A DNA stretch of 64,000 nucleotides, taken from Camelus ferus (taxonomy: Eukaryota). Of this stretch, positions 11,807 through 24,990 are shown piece after piece. Position 1 is the stretch's first letter. Each line of letters opens with the position of its first letter. The stretch lies in the NCBI RefSeq assembly GCF_009834535.1, contig NC_045697.1:108688001-108752000 (forward strand), given 5' to 3'. The translations under genes and the position numbers were made by a program. A model generated the notes under the pieces. It was not told where the DNA came from. It did not search any database and saw only the letters and a list, made by a program, of their open reading frames with translations.

Positions 11807-11879
11807 CTACATTTTCACTTCACATGTTTTAAAAATCTGAATAACATGAGTTCTTCTAGGACCCACTTCCCACCCCCAT

Positions 11880-13255
11880 CTTAGGTCCCTAAGATTTATT
11901 CAGGTTGATGTATGTGACCATAAGTGCATCCCTGTTGCCTCTGAGGGTCTAGTACTGCCAACCTGGCCCCTTGAATCCTGCTATTCCCATTGACTATGGG
12001 GCAACAATCTTAATCTAGAGGACAAGCAATTCTGAGTTCTCAGAATGTACTAGCACATTCCTTATTTTAGTGAAGACAGTGCCCTCCGAACCCTCCCAGG
12101 GAACATGGTGACATGGTAGTGTTTGGTGGATTCTCTGGTATTACAAAATAAATGCATTCTTAAATCTCCCCTGTTTGAATATTTTTACCCCTTTCTCATC
12201 TTTCTTCTAAGAAATTCCAGCATCTCCATCTCATCATTGTTTTCAAGTTTCAAGGAGCTATTCCTGCAATGCACTAGGTATAGTTCTAGGCGTTCTACCA
12301 AGATATTAAGTCTTCAGTCACTGACTTACAGTCTGCCCTCCCTGATCCAGCACCTTTCATTCCATTTCCAAGCAAATTCTCCCAGTTCCTGCTGGTGCAT
12401 TAACACTGCCAGGTCCTGCAGTGCTTTGGGTGAATAATCTCTTTCATCACACAGGACTATTTCTCTACTTGGCTCATAATAAGTCTTCTAATTATTGGTC
12501 TAGGAGCAATAAAAAGAGGCAAGGAAAGATCTTACAGACAAGCATCATCTTGCAAGGAATCTGCCCTAGGTGAGCCCTTTGCACAATCTCCAGGCAATTG
12601 GAGACCGGTTTCCTCCAGTAAGAGGTAGAGCTGCTGAGAATTCTGGCTCAGATTCTTCAGAGAAAGCTAGGGAATTAAGTCCTGAGTCCCATCTACCCAA
12701 ATATCCCCACCTGAAGTGCCAGTGCCCCTCTCCTTTCCTTTCACATCCCTGACTTCAGCATAAGAAACCTCTGGGCTGTGAACTCAACCTCCTCTTTAGT
12801 TCTGCTGTACTTAAGATCAAATCTGAGGTCTTATTTTTCAGTTCAGCCCACCCTCTGTCTGCAGGAGATGAGATCCCCTTTAAAAGAGGCCATGGGAGAT
12901 TTCTGGCTTCCTTTCAACCCAGGTTCTAAATTAATCATTACCTGATCTGAGCCTGTTTTTCCCTTTTCTCATGGCTCCTCCAGTGGTTGACAACAACAAA
13001 CCAACTCCGGAATCCTAATCATTGCCTTTGCCCCAATTCGGGTCAAGAGCTATTCTATTGGCCAAACTTTCCTTACACCTGCACACCGGCCCAGTTCAGC
13101 CCAGGTAAGACTCAGTAACAGTGATGCTACACCATGCCGGACATGACTGTGACCTCCCTTACCAACAGTAACAGGGTCTCAGTTGCCATCTGATCAGCAA
13201 GTGATCCAATTCTAGAATCCTGTTCTGAGAGTCTCCTTCCTGGCATCACTTCTAG
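11880..13255 (-). mobile_element. ERVL internal (gag) remnant
   Basis: Reverse strand near 12341-12445 reads ERDYSPKALQDLAVLMHQQELGEFAWKW, then after a frameshift VLDQ. This resembles the ERVL gag YTPKELQDF...GEYVWEWILRVLDQGG motif. Confidence 0.75.
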
Positions 13256-13259
13256 GACC

Positions 13260-13705
13260 TACTGGCTTAGGCTGTGTCCCTCCAAAACCTAAGGACCTGA
13301 GTGCAGTTGGTATGCTGGAAGAGTAAAATGCGGTGCCAGGAAGCAGTGGTAGAGGAGTGGAGAAGTCAGAGCGCAGAGGGAAGGAAACAATACAGAGCAC
13401 TTTAGTGAGCAGCGTACTGCTGAGGACAGCAGGGGCTCAACCTGCAGGGACCCTCTGGGAAGCAGGGATCTCGCATCAGAGCTGTCCCACCCAAGGGGCC
13501 AGGGAAGCGGGATGTTTGTCCTTCAACTCCTGTTGGCCATTGGCTGAGGGCTTTTCCTCAAGCATGGGCCTGTCACAAAAACAGATAGAGAGAAGCCCTC
13601 AGGCCACAGGCAGTGAGTTACAGGTGCATCCAGTAAGGTTAGCTTGGACTGGATTGTTCCAGAGTGCTTAGGGAATGTGGGCAGGGTGTTAATGGCTGTC
13701 AGCTA
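13260..13705 (-). mobile_element. ERVL LTR (LTR16-like), the 5' LTR of the adjacent internal remnant
   Basis: ggggctcaacctgcagggaccctctgggaag ... cagagctgtcccacccaagggg ... ccattggctgagggc. Confidence 0.7.
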
Positions 13706-13709
13706 TACC

Positions 13710-13975
13710 TTCCTGGACTTCCTACCTAAAATAACACATGCCCCATCATTACCCTTCCTTCTTCCATTGCTTTTTCCCCCCTTTACACTAGTATTTCTAC
13801 CTGGCATTCTCTTATGCTTATATTTATTTATTTATAGCCTCCCCCCAACATATACACTACAATATAAGCCAGAGACTTCATCTGATTTATTCACTACTAT
13901 GTGCCCCATTCCTAGAACAGTGCCTAGAACATGGCATGGAAACAGTAAGTATTTTTGAATGAGTGAGTGAATGAA
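13710..13975 (+). mobile_element. L2a 3' end
   Basis: cctagaacagtgcctagaacatgg ... gtaagtatttttgaatgagtgagtgaatgaa. Confidence 0.8.
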
Positions 13976-14254
13976 AAAAAATGTAATATTTGCAACATGG
14001 CTTGAAAACACTTAGCATCTGTAGTTAGGAAGTTAGGAAGGAGAAGGAGGTTAGGATTTCAAAGAGGGGCTCACTGAGCAGAACCATGAAGGATGAGCAT
14101 GATTTGTCAAGGGAAATAAACATGGGAAAGTTGTTCCATTCAAAAACTTTTCAGTCTCAGTTGATTAGGAAGGAAGCCAGCTAATTCACTGAGAAATAAT
14201 AATAGAATTTTAAAATTAATGCTTTAAAATAAGTTTTTTAAAATAAAATAATCA

Positions 14255-14590
14255 GTTCAGGCAAGGATTATCAGTGGACACAAATGTTAGGAGACGATTA
14301 GTGCAGACGAGATACTCACTTGTTGCTAATGTACAGCCCATAGATCACTTGCTAATTGCAAAGGAAAAAATATACCTTCCTGGAGGAGAGATCTGGCAAT
14401 CACCACCTTAACCAAATGATCACATGTAGTATTACGCAGTGGAACAATCTATTTACCTCCTCATGTGATGCAATATGAATTACACAGCATGATCTATGAA
14501 GTATTCTTGCCAAAAATAAATCAAGCTTTTAGACTTAACTTCCAAAGCATTGAGATCTAAGTTAAACACCACCATAAGGAAATAATCAAA
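14255..14590 (+). mobile_element. L1MC/ME-like fragment
   Basis: caccaccttaaccaaatgatca ... atgaagtattcttgccaaaaat. Confidence 0.7.
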
Positions 14591-14629
14591 GAAGTTTTTT
14601 TTGTCTGGCTGCTTTCACTTGGCATGTTT

Positions 14630-15830
14630 TTTTTTAATTCAACTTTATTTTTAGAGCAGTTCTAGGTTCACAGCACAATCAAGAGAAAGATACAGAGATT
14701 CCTTCATACATCCCCTGCCCTCACACATGCATAGCCTCCCCCATTATCAACATCCCCCACCAGGGTCCAGAGATGACGTTAGGTCCACTCTTAGTGTCAT
14801 ACATTCTGTAGGTTTGGACAAATGTATAACGACACATATGCACTATTATAATATCATACAGAATTATTTCACTGCCCTAAAATCTTCTGTTCTTCACCTA
14901 TTCATTCTGCTCTCTCTGCTACATCCTGACAACCACCAATCTTTTTACTGTCTCCACAGTTTTACCTTTTCCAGAATGTCATATAGTTGGAATCAGACAG
15001 CATATAGCCTTTTCAAAGTGGCTGCCTTTCACTTAGTAATACTCATTTAAGATTCCTCCATGTCTTTTCATGGTGAGATAGGTCATTTCTTTTTAGCCCT
15101 GAGTAATACTCCATTCTCTGGATGTTCAGCAGTTTACTTAACCACTCACTTACTGAAGGACATCTTGGTTGCTTTCAGATTTTGACAATTATGGATGAAG
15201 CTATTATAAATATCTTTGTGCAGGTTTTTGTGTGAAGATAAATTTACAACTCCTGTGGGTAAATACCATGGAATACAATGGCTAGAGCATATGGTAAAGA
15301 AACCATCAAACTGTCCTCCAAAGTAGCTATGCCATTTTGCGTTCCCACAAGCAATGAATGAGAGTTCCTGTTGCTCCACATCCTTGCCAGCACATGGTGT
15401 TGTCAGTGTTCCAGATTTTGGCCATTCTAAATACATGTGTAGTGGTATCTCGTTGTTTCAACTAGCAATTCCCTGATGACATATGATGTTGAACATCTTT
15501 TCATATGCATATTTGCTATCTGTGTATCTCTTTAGGTGAGGTGTCTATTAAGGTCTTCAGATCATTTTTTTAACCTGGTTGTTTTTCTTATTGTTGAAAT
15601 TTATTAGTCCTTTGTATGTTTTGGATAAGAGTCCTTTATGAGATGTGTCTTTTGCAAATATTTTGTTACAGTCTGTGCCTTGTCTTCTCATTCTCTTGAC
15701 GTTGTCTTTGACAGACATTTTTTATTTTGATGAACTAAAGTTTATTATTTATTTCATTGATCATGCTTTTGGTGTTATAGCTAAAAAGTCATTGCCATAC
15801 GCAAGGTTATGTAGGTTTTCTCCTGCATAA
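14630..15830 (-). mobile_element. L1MC1-like 3' UTR and ORF2 end
   Basis: ttttagagcagttctaggttcacagc 3' terminus. ORF 15146-15436 contains the L1 ORF2 C-terminal remnant CAGKDVEQQELSFIACGNAKW. Confidence 0.85.
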
Positions 15831-15834
15831 TTAT

Positions 15835-16490
15835 TTTGAGGATATTTTTTCCTTCTCCTGTATCAACAATTCATTCTTTTTTGTTGCTGAATTCCATTGT
15901 GTAGTATACTACAATTTGTTTATCTGTTCACCAGTTGATGGATATTGGAGTTACTCTCTGTTTTGGCTATTACAAATAAAGCTAATATGAACATTTGTGA
16001 ACAAGTTTTTATTTGGGCAAGTGCTTTCATTTCTCTTGGGTCAACATCTAAGTATTGAATGGCTGAGTCATTTGGTTGGTACATGTCTAACTTTTTAAGA
16101 GGTTGTTTAATTGTTTTCCAAAGTGGTTTTACCATTTAGCATTCCACAGCAGTACATTGAGAGATTCCAGTTGCTCCACATCCTTCCCAACACTTGTTGT
16201 CATCAGTCTCTCTAATTTTATCCATTCTATCAGGTGTGTAGTGAGTGGTATCTCGTTGTGATTTTAATTTATATTTTAATTTTTATGAAATCCAACTTAT
16301 TGATTTTTTTCTTTTATAGTTTAAGCTTTTTATGTTATATTTAAGAAATCTTTGTGAAACTCAAGGTCACTATGTTACACTTCTCTGTTTTCTTTTAGAA
16401 ATTTTATAGTTTTAGCTTATACATTTAGGTCTATGGTCATTAAATTAATTTTTATATATGATGTGAAGTGAAGGTCAAGATTCACTGTTG
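15835..16490 (-). mobile_element. L1M ORF2 C-terminal remnant
   Basis: ORF 15920-16135 reads KTCSQMFILALFVIAKT, matching the L1 ORF2 C-terminus. Confidence 0.8.
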
Positions 16491-16664
16491 CTCTTGGTTG
16501 AGATATATGTTAATTTCAGATCAGGGGTGGGGTGATGAGATTGAGTATACAGAGGATATCAGTGAGAGATTTGGAAGTAGGAAGAAAAAACGTGGTGATT
16601 GATTATAGCCTAGATTTTCCAGGAGAATCTCAGTATTTAATTTTCTGTCCTTCCCCTCCTCCTC

Positions 16665-17065
16665 AACTTTTATTATTAAAAAAGTTCAAACATGCTAAGA
16701 AGTTGAAAAGAACTTTTATAAACACCTCTGTACCCACAATGTAGATTTATTCAACAGTTGTTAAGATATTGCCATATGGCTTTATTTAATTATCTTCCTG
16801 AATTATTAGCATGTAAATTGCAGAAACCATGACAGTTTACACTTAAATGCAATGTTAGGATATTCCTCTACAAAAAGATACAAGTTTCACACCCAAGAGA
16901 ACTGATAGTTATTCCCTAGTGTCATGTAGTATCCAGTCCAATTCAGATTTTCCCTAGTTGTCTTTAGTATTTTCATACCAGCATCCAATCAAATTTCACC
17001 CATTGCGTTTCATTGTTATGGCTCTTTAGTCTCTTTTAGTCTAGAACATTCCTCCACCTTTTAAA
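16665..17065 (-). mobile_element. L1MC4/5-like 3' end
   Basis: Same family as 4925-5710: aagttgaaaagaac ... caacagttgttaagatattgccat ... ctctttagtctcttttagtctagaac. Confidence 0.65.
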
Positions 17066-17094
17066 AATGCATCTTGCAGAATGTATTATATTCA

Positions 17095-17378
17095 ATACAT
17101 ATTGCATAATTTCATATACGTAAAATTCTGAAAAATGCAAACTAATTTATGGTGATGAAAAGGCGATCAGTGGTTCCCTGGGAAAGAGGGCAGAGGTGAG
17201 AGGAAGGAGGGCTGGATTGCAAAGGATTCTGAGGAAACTTTGGGGTGAAGATATGTGCATTATTTGATTGCAGTGATGGTTTTACAGTTGTGTGCATATG
17301 TCAGACTGATAAACTGTACATTTTAAATATGAGCCATTTATTGTATATCAATTACAACCTAACAAAGCTGTTAAAAAG
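17095..17378 (+). mobile_element. L1ME-like 3' end
   Basis: gatcagtggttccctggg ... aactgtacattttaaatatg ... tcaattacaacctaacaaagctgttaaaaa. Confidence 0.8.
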
Positions 17379-18065
17379 CTGGTGGGGGAGACAGAATGTA
17401 CTAATGAAAATAATAGGACAGAAAATTTTGGATTGCAACTATCATGGAAAAATCAGGCTGCACAGGAATTGTGCTCACTATCAGTCACCAAGGCTTTGTC
17501 CTACTTGCTTCTAAATTTCTCTGATATCCTGTTTTCACTCCTATCATTTCACACAGCATTTAGGAGAGGCATATATCTTGAACAATAGCAAAAATGCATT
17601 TTAAGTTTTAAACTACTTCTATGAAAGTGCCTGAAAATAATTTAAGGAAACATTGAAAATGCATTTTAATTTAAAAACCAAAAGAAAAAATTCTCAGTAG
17701 CTCCCCATTGCCTCCTGAATTAAACGTAGAAGCAGTTCACGGAAGGATCTAAATTTCTCTTTTCAGCTTTTTCTCTCGTTACTACCTGATACACAGCCCA
17801 CTCCCAGATTGACTGGTCAGCCTGTGATTTGCAGACCTCATGCCTGCACTGCTGGTGCCCACGTCCTTCACGTTCTTTCTGCTTAAGATGCCTGCTGTTC
17901 ACATGTGCTCCCCTCTCCCTTCACCTGTCCCTGGTGGGGCAGAAATTCCACTCACCTCTTAAGGCTTCTTCTGAAAACTTTGCTGATGACTCTCAGCAAA
18001 GGTGTGTCTTCCTCCCCTTGAGACCGTCCAGCCTGTGGTTTGCACTGCCCCTGTTGTCAGTTTCC

Positions 18066-18462
18066 AGGCTGGGAAGAGGAGGAGGCAAAGGAGGCCCTCA
18101 CCTGAGATACAAATTTTAAGAGAGCACCAAAAAACTCAGTAATCAAGTATTTTCAGATCAGTACCCAAACAATTTTCACTTTTGCATTTGGTTATCTCTT
18201 TAGTCTTTTTTAACCTAGAATATTCCAACCACCTTTTAAAATACATGTCTTACAGCATGTACATGTCTAGTACAGCTTGAATAGTTTTTCACTGTATAAT
18301 ATTTATATTATATAATAGTTTAGGTAAACGTATTAAAAATCAAAATGAATGCAAAACATGGATAATGATATTTGATGATATCAGAATTTTAAATACAGAC
18401 AGGATCTGTATGACTGATTTTCCCTGAGCCTTGGGCTCCAATGATGACCCCAGGTGGCACTG
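18066..18462 (+). mobile_element. MER96B-like hAT DNA transposon interrupted by a local duplication
   Basis: caccaaaaaactcagtaatcaag, then after the insert aaaaatcaaaatgaatgcaaaa ... ttttaaatacagacaggatc ... gggctccaat ... ggcactg. Confidence 0.7.
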
Positions 18463-18982
18463 GCTCATTTCCCCTCTGCCTAAAGGAAAAGACTCAGCAC
18501 CCCACATCCCTGCAGCACCTCTCCCAGCGCTGGGCAGGTCCTAGGCACCCTCTCATCTGACCACAGATTTCTCTCCTTCCGTGTATTATTTCCCTCATTA
18601 AAGGAGGGAAAGAAAACAGCAGCCATGATTAAGACATCTAAGGATAGAAGACTAATGAGGGAAAAATATATATATAACAGGTCTGTAAGCAAAAAGAATA
18701 CAGATTGTCTCCAAGACAAAGAACTTCAGCTGCATCCTGCATGTGACAATAGACCACAAGGGAAAAAACAAGCTATTATCTAAAATATGTATCATTTTAA
18801 AATGTTCTTTTTTATACTAATAATAATCAACCTGAATAATTGAAATCGTGTCCCCTTCTTATCCTCGGTATAGATTTTTTTTGGTCATAAACAGATGCAC
18901 ATTCTTGATATAAAATTAATATATCATATAAAGCCCCTTTCCAGGGTTTCCTATCTTTCAGTTAAAGATTTCTTTCTTGCAG

Positions 18983-19451
18983 TAGGGATGAAAAGAACTG
19001 TCTGTTTGTGGGCGTTCATGTTCTTTGTGATTTAATAACCACTTTGACAGTCCTCTTTTGTGGGCCTCAGAATTTAAAATAAAATCCATGAAAGTATTTA
19101 GTGAGGAGTAGGGTATCTCAGTATTACCATTGTGTTCGTGCGTTAATCAGAGATTTAATTATCCAGTTCATTTCTTCAGGCATCATGATATCATCATATG
19201 TAGTCTATTATCTAATCTGGTTAAAACCGGTTTGGTTCTCATGACTCGGTAAATATACCTTATAGGACAGAAAACCTCAAGGCTTAAAGAGAAAAAAAGA
19301 AACCTAACATAACCCATTGATCTGCTTGTTACACATTTTCATGTTCTTAGCAGTATTGTTTCTAATGGTATACGTAATGCTGCTTTGTTTGGTAGCATAT
19401 TCTATTTTTAGCATTATCTGGTCTTTCAGAAGATAAATACCTTCAATTAGG
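18983..19451 (+). pseudogene. Cluster of small candidate pseudo-exons (18983-19093, 19180-19248, 19412-19451)
   Basis: Each has a pyrimidine-tract AG and a GT donor (gtattt, gtaaat, gtaaat). Frames read RDEKNCLFVGVHVLC / FNNHFDSPLLWASEFKIKSMK; HHDIIICSLLS / WLKPVW; and LSGLSEDKYLQL. Confidence 0.4.
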
Positions 19452-19581
19452 GTAAATTATGCCCTGCATTCACTGAAAACTTAAAACTATTATGAATTAT
19501 AATGGAGATCCCTCTCTTTAGTTCCATCTAAAGTGAAAAATAATAAATAAATAAATAACTTACAGCATGAAATTTTAAAAA

Positions 19582-19706
19582 ATTTTTGGGAGGGATGGTA
19601 ATTCAATCTTTATTTATTGGTTTATTTTTAATGGAGGTCCTGGGGATTGAACCCCGGACCTTGTGCATGCTAAGCACGCACTGTACCACTGAGCTATACC
19701 CTCCCC
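19582..19706 (-). mobile_element. tRNA-Ala-derived SINE
   Basis: tggggattgaaccccggaccttgtgcatgctaagcacgcactgtaccactgagctataccctcccc. Confidence 0.9.
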
Positions 19707-20434
19707 TGTTAAAACATGAAATATTTTTAAATGAAATAGAACTGACTTGAGCCTGGAATTAGATTCCTTATTTTGTGAATCCAATGAAATCTAGCACATG
19801 CGAGATGCATCTTGCCTATCTCAGGGGAAGAAACCAGCTGATGACTCAGAGGATCCTTGAATTTTCATTCGCATCAATATTATTGGTGATCCATATATTA
19901 TTTTTTGGAAGTTTAACTACAATTGTAGGTTTTATTACTGACTATAGGCAAAATAAATTTATATAGATTAGCCATTTGGTAGGAAGAAAGATCCAAATGT
20001 GCTAAGTAAATAGGTGGAGATCACCTTTGGGGGCAGTTTCCTGTCAATGCTTCATCAAATTCTGTAGTCAAGAATTAGAACGGATCTACATTGTGAACCA
20101 GGACTCATGCCTGTTACACTAACCAGAGGGAACTGGTCAGTCGGGAGCATGGTAAATCATTTGTGGGTACCATTGCTCTCCTCATAGTTGATGATGTAAA
20201 CAAATGATTTTCTCAGGGAAGAAAGAGAAGGCCTTCAGCATAACAGGGACAGTACTTGTCGCCTTGGAAACTCTGCTGTCGCTGGGTACTGGATATCTGA
20301 CAGTTCCACAGCTTACGTCAAGGACAGCAGTCTTGCTTGTCTTGTGTGCTGTAGTGTACTTAGCACTTAGCACTCTGCCTGGCACGTAGTAGGTGTTTAA
20401 TATGGATTATTGGTTGAATTTTAAAATCTTGAAG

Positions 20435-20930
20435 ATACATAGAGGAACCTTAAATTCATATTGCTAAGTGAAAGAAGCCAGCTTGAAAAGCGTACATATT
20501 GTGATTCCAACACTACGATCTTCCGGAAAAGGGAAAACTAGAGAGAGACAGTAAAAGATCACTGGTTTGTCAAGGGCCTGAGGGAAGGCAGGAGGGAGGG
20601 ATAAATGGGTGGAACACCGAGGATTTTTAGGGCAGAGAAACTATTCCTTATGATATTCTAACAGTGGATATAAGTCATGTATTTGCCAAAACCCACAGAA
20701 CATGCAGTACAAAGATTGAAGCCTAATGTAAACTATGGACTTCAGTTAATAAGAATGTAGTACTATTGGCTCATGCATTATAACAAATGCATCACACTAA
20801 TGAAAGATGTTAATAATAGGGGAAACTGGGGAGAGGGAAGAGGATATACGAGAACTCTCTGTACTTTAGGCTCATTTTACTGTAAATCTAAAGCTGCTTT
20901 AAAAGAATGAAATCTATTAATTAAAAAAAA
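20435..20930 (+). mobile_element. L1MC1-like 3' end
   Basis: ctaagtgaaagaagccag ... cctaatgtaaactatggacttcagttaataa ... A-tail. Confidence 0.85.
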
Positions 20931-21051
20931 AGTCCGTGAAGCTTTATTGTGTCCCTGACTTGCACTCCAGCATAGTATTAAAGGAGCTCCAGCAAGTAGA
21001 TGAATGAATGAATGTGATATTTGAGGTAACATTCTTTAGAATCTATTTTAG

Positions 21052-21308
21052 GTTGAGTAAATAAATATCCACTGAGTGCCAACTAAAGCCCTGCTGGGCA
21101 GTGTGCAGTGCAGCAAGAAAAGAAACTGCTCCTTATTCTGAGAACTACAAAGAAGACTTTTTTATTCTCTTGACCACAACATTCTTCAGGAGAGAAAATG
21201 TTTACCTGACAAAGAAAGAAAAAGAAAAAGAAAAACTTTGGGAGTATGACAATTAAGTAGGAATCCAAATAAAGTTGATTGGGACACAAACAGAAGTTCA
21301 AAGACTAG
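21052..21308 (+). pseudogene. Pseudo-exon encoding most of an RGS-like domain
   Basis: Acceptor atctattttag (AG 21050-21051), donor G|GTATAA at 21308/21309. A single frame reads LSK*ISTECQLKPCWAVCSAARKETAPYSENYKEDFFILLTTTFFRRENVYLTKKEKEKEKLWEYDN*VGIQIKLIGTQTEVQRL with only two stops. The end resembles the RGS AQxEVxxL helix. Confidence 0.6.
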
Positions 21309-22999
21309 GTATAAAGACAGAGAAAGCACCTCAATAAAAGTGAAGGTGAAACAGTCCATATTGCATATAAGTGGACGGTGGATGCAAAATTAAGATCTCC
21401 TGTAGCAGCCAGACAGCTTGTGTATAATTTTGTGAATCATCGGAGGAGACAAGATGTAGTCACCCAGACACACACACACACACATGCACGCTATATTTTT
21501 TCTAAAGATCTGCAAGTTATAGTCAATTGAATACAGCCATGGGAGGGAGGGGAGAAAAAGGTGTCTTATTTGATGCTTAAAACAAAACAAAGCAAAACAC
21601 AGACTTATACAATTAGGACATCTTCCTCATCACCAAAAAAGCAGAGACATAGTACTGCCCCTTCCTACTTCCACACCCACTCCTCTGGCTGACCTTTTGT
21701 TACTTCCTTTATTCTTCAAATCTGGCCTGAGTGTATATTTTAAGCCGGTTTTATTTGTCCACCAATTGCAATTCATCAAGTGATAAAGAAAGTTGACGCC
21801 AAGGAAAGCAATACAATTTTCCCTAAATCCTACCCTACACAAGGAGAGCCCAAACTTGAATATAGCATTTGGGAGCTATAACCTACTCAAGATGGATTTT
21901 AAAAGAAACCCACACACAATTTCCCAAGATTCCAAATGTGGAAAAAATGTCTTAAAGTTTTAGACTACAACAGATGGGGGGCATTCTTTGAATATCTCTA
22001 TACAAGGAAATAATGTGGAGATGGGGCGTTACAGTCAGAAGGCTCAGTTCTATTACTTAATAGCCTGGAAGGTCACACAGTCCACCTGAACCTCATTTTC
22101 CACGTATCTAATGTAGGGGCTTAATAATACCTGTCTTTCACAACACACAGTTACAATAAAGATAAAATGAGGTTATGAAAACAGAAGTTACTGGTACATT
22201 ATCACCATCATTTCTTTCCTCCCTAGAAAAAATACAGGTTGTCTAAGAGGCACCTAGGAAAGTGCCTAAATAATTTTAGGTTATAGTTCAACACTTGGTG
22301 TGACCTTGGAAGTCTGGAAATATATACACTTGCTTTCAAGTTCAGCAGATGGTTATCACCAAGGCTTTAACATACGGCCATGTGAGTTACACACTGCACA
22401 ACTCTAGGGGGCACCATTCATATAATTTGAGATCTGCAGCTGAAAACTAAGGATTAGTGAGTAAAGATTTCAGATCTTACTCTCTATAATAAACTCATAA
22501 ATGATTAAGCAAACCAAATGGCTAGCTATACAAACAAGTGACACATGACCCTCATACTTCCAAATAAATTTGAGAAGTACAATAAATTTAATGAATGAAA
22601 CAGATTTCCATCCTGAACCTCTAAGTCTCTTTTTTTAAGTGCTGAAAAAAATATATAAACACTATAACTTAAAAAAGACCACAATAAGTATAGGAATTTT
22701 AGCTTAAAAACCCACTGATTATTTATGTCCTACCTTGAATTCTGAGATCAGCCACAACAGAAGTGTTTCCTAAAAAGCAGAGTTTAAATAATAACTCCAC
22801 AAGAACAGGAAGTTTCTTCTTCATGTAAATGAATTTTGTTCTTAAATAGAGGACGCTAACTGGACAGAGGAGAACAAGATACCAGAGCCCTGATCTACTT
22901 GATGGCAGGGAACTCTGACTCTAGCAATTGGATCTTTTCCATAAGTTTCCTCTCTCAAAGTTCATGCAGTTTCAATCAACAGCTCAATAGGATCTTTTT

Positions 23000-24560
23000 T
23001 TTTTTTTTTTTCACTTGGATGTTATCCTAGCCTTCATCTGGAAGAGCAAGCAAACGAAAACAACATGGCTATTCTAAAGAAAAATGAGGTGGAGAGCTAG
23101 CCTCATCAGATTCTAAACATAAAGCAATAAGAATTAAAACTTTGTGGTGCTGGTATAAGGATTGATTTGACAAATCTCTCAAAGACAATAGACTGTAAAT
23201 GGATTCTAATATGTATAAAATACATATTAAATGTTGTATCACAAATCAGTTGGGAAGGAAAGATCATTCCATAAATTGTAATGGACTGAACAGCTAGCAA
23301 CTGGGAGAAAAATCAACTCATATCTTCATCTCTCATCACAAATAAAAATTAAATTTTTCAATATCTTGTAATAACCTTTAATGGAAAAAATATGAAAACA
23401 AATATAGGTATGTATATGCATGACTGGGACATTGTGCCACACACCAGAGATTGACACATTGTAATTGACTGTACTTCAATTAAAAAAAAAAGAGTACATT
23501 AAAAAAAAAGGACTGGTTGGCACATGTAGGGTACTTATAAATTATAGTTATTTTTATTGATTTTTTAATATAGTGGAGAGTAAATGAAGTCAATGGATTG
23601 ACCACTCTTGTAAGACATCTATCATGTACTGTATATTTAATTACCTTTCTGTATGTAAATATTTTATCATCCCAATTAGGTTGCTAAATAGTTTATAGAT
23701 AGATTCAAAGTCAATTAAAAATGTACATGATTCAAATTAAAAAAGTAACTTTTAGAATATATAAAGAGATAAAAAAGAAAAATCAAGCTTTAGATACACT
23801 AAAAGAAAATAGAATTAAATAATTTTCAAGTCTCTGGAAAAAGGATGAATTTCTAAGTTTGAAAACAATAGAAGAAATGAAAAATTTAACAACACAGAAA
23901 CAAACATAATTTCGAAAGTTAAAATAAGAAGGCAAACAGCAAACTAGGAAACACAATCACTTATGGGAAGGGACTAAAAACTTTTAAGAGTTCAGATAAA
24001 TAAATGTAAAAATTGCTAAGACTCTAACAGATAAATTAGAAAAAGGGCATGCGCAAAACATTTACAGAAGAGATGCTACAGCTAGTTTGAAACAAAAAAT
24101 TTTCACTAGTGGTTGTGATTTTAAAAGCAGCAAATGAAATGAATTTATATCATTTCCACCTATTGGCAATATTAAAAAGTGATGATACTCATTAATGTAG
24201 AGGGGACAGAAAAATGGATATGCTTTTGCATTACTAGTGAAATTTCACATGGACACAACCTTTTAGAAAGTAATAAATTTGACAAAATGTATCAAGAGGG
24301 AAAAAATGATCTCATGCCCTAACATAGTCCCTTTTCTGGAGATGAAGAAAACAGAAACTATGGAAAAAGCCATATGCACAAGGACAAACATAGAATATTT
24401 GTTTACAATTATAAAAGATTGGAAACAACCAAATTATATAATAAGTAGGAACTGGTTCAGCAAAGTATAGAACTTGGCAAATGATACTTTGAAGGAAAAA
24501 AACTGAATGGATGAAATATACATATGGTGGAATATTATTCAACCAAAAAAAAGATTCACT
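23000..24560 (+). mobile_element. Degenerate L1ME-like ORF2 region with a younger L1 3' end at about 23355-23510
   Basis: ORF 24279-24470 contains the remnant LFTIIKDWKQP. The young end reads ttcaatatcttgtaataacctttaatg ... gactgtacttcaattaaaa. Confidence 0.7.
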
Positions 24561-24569
24561 ATGAAGGAC

Positions 24570-24990
24570 CATGCTGGGCAGCTGCTATTTGGGGTTTTGT
24601 TCCCCTCCTCTGCTTACCAATCTCCTTCTCATAACAGCATCCCTTTCCTTTGGAGAATCGTCTCAATCTTGTATGATTCTGGTGGGATGCGTGTCAGGAT
24701 GGCCCAACCTAACATCCCCCTGTGCATGGTAATTGGCCAAAGAAAGGAAACATTTTTCTTGTCTGACCAATTTGAGTCCTTTTCCAGATTTTTCCAAAAT
24801 GAAGGTAGATCTTCCTTTTGGATGACCTTGGGTTATTGGCAGCTGTAACCCCACTGAAGGGCAGAAGAGAGTGTGAAGACAACATAGAAAGAAAAGCAGA
24901 ATTAATTGAAGAGAAAAGAAAGATCTGAGGACATCCTCCAGCCCCCTGGATACAGCCCTACCTAAAGCCCCTATAACTCCCACTCATATG
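24570..24990 (+). mobile_element. Old LTR (MLT1-like)
   Basis: gcatggtaattggccaaag ... gccccctggatacagccctacctaaagcc. Confidence 0.55.
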
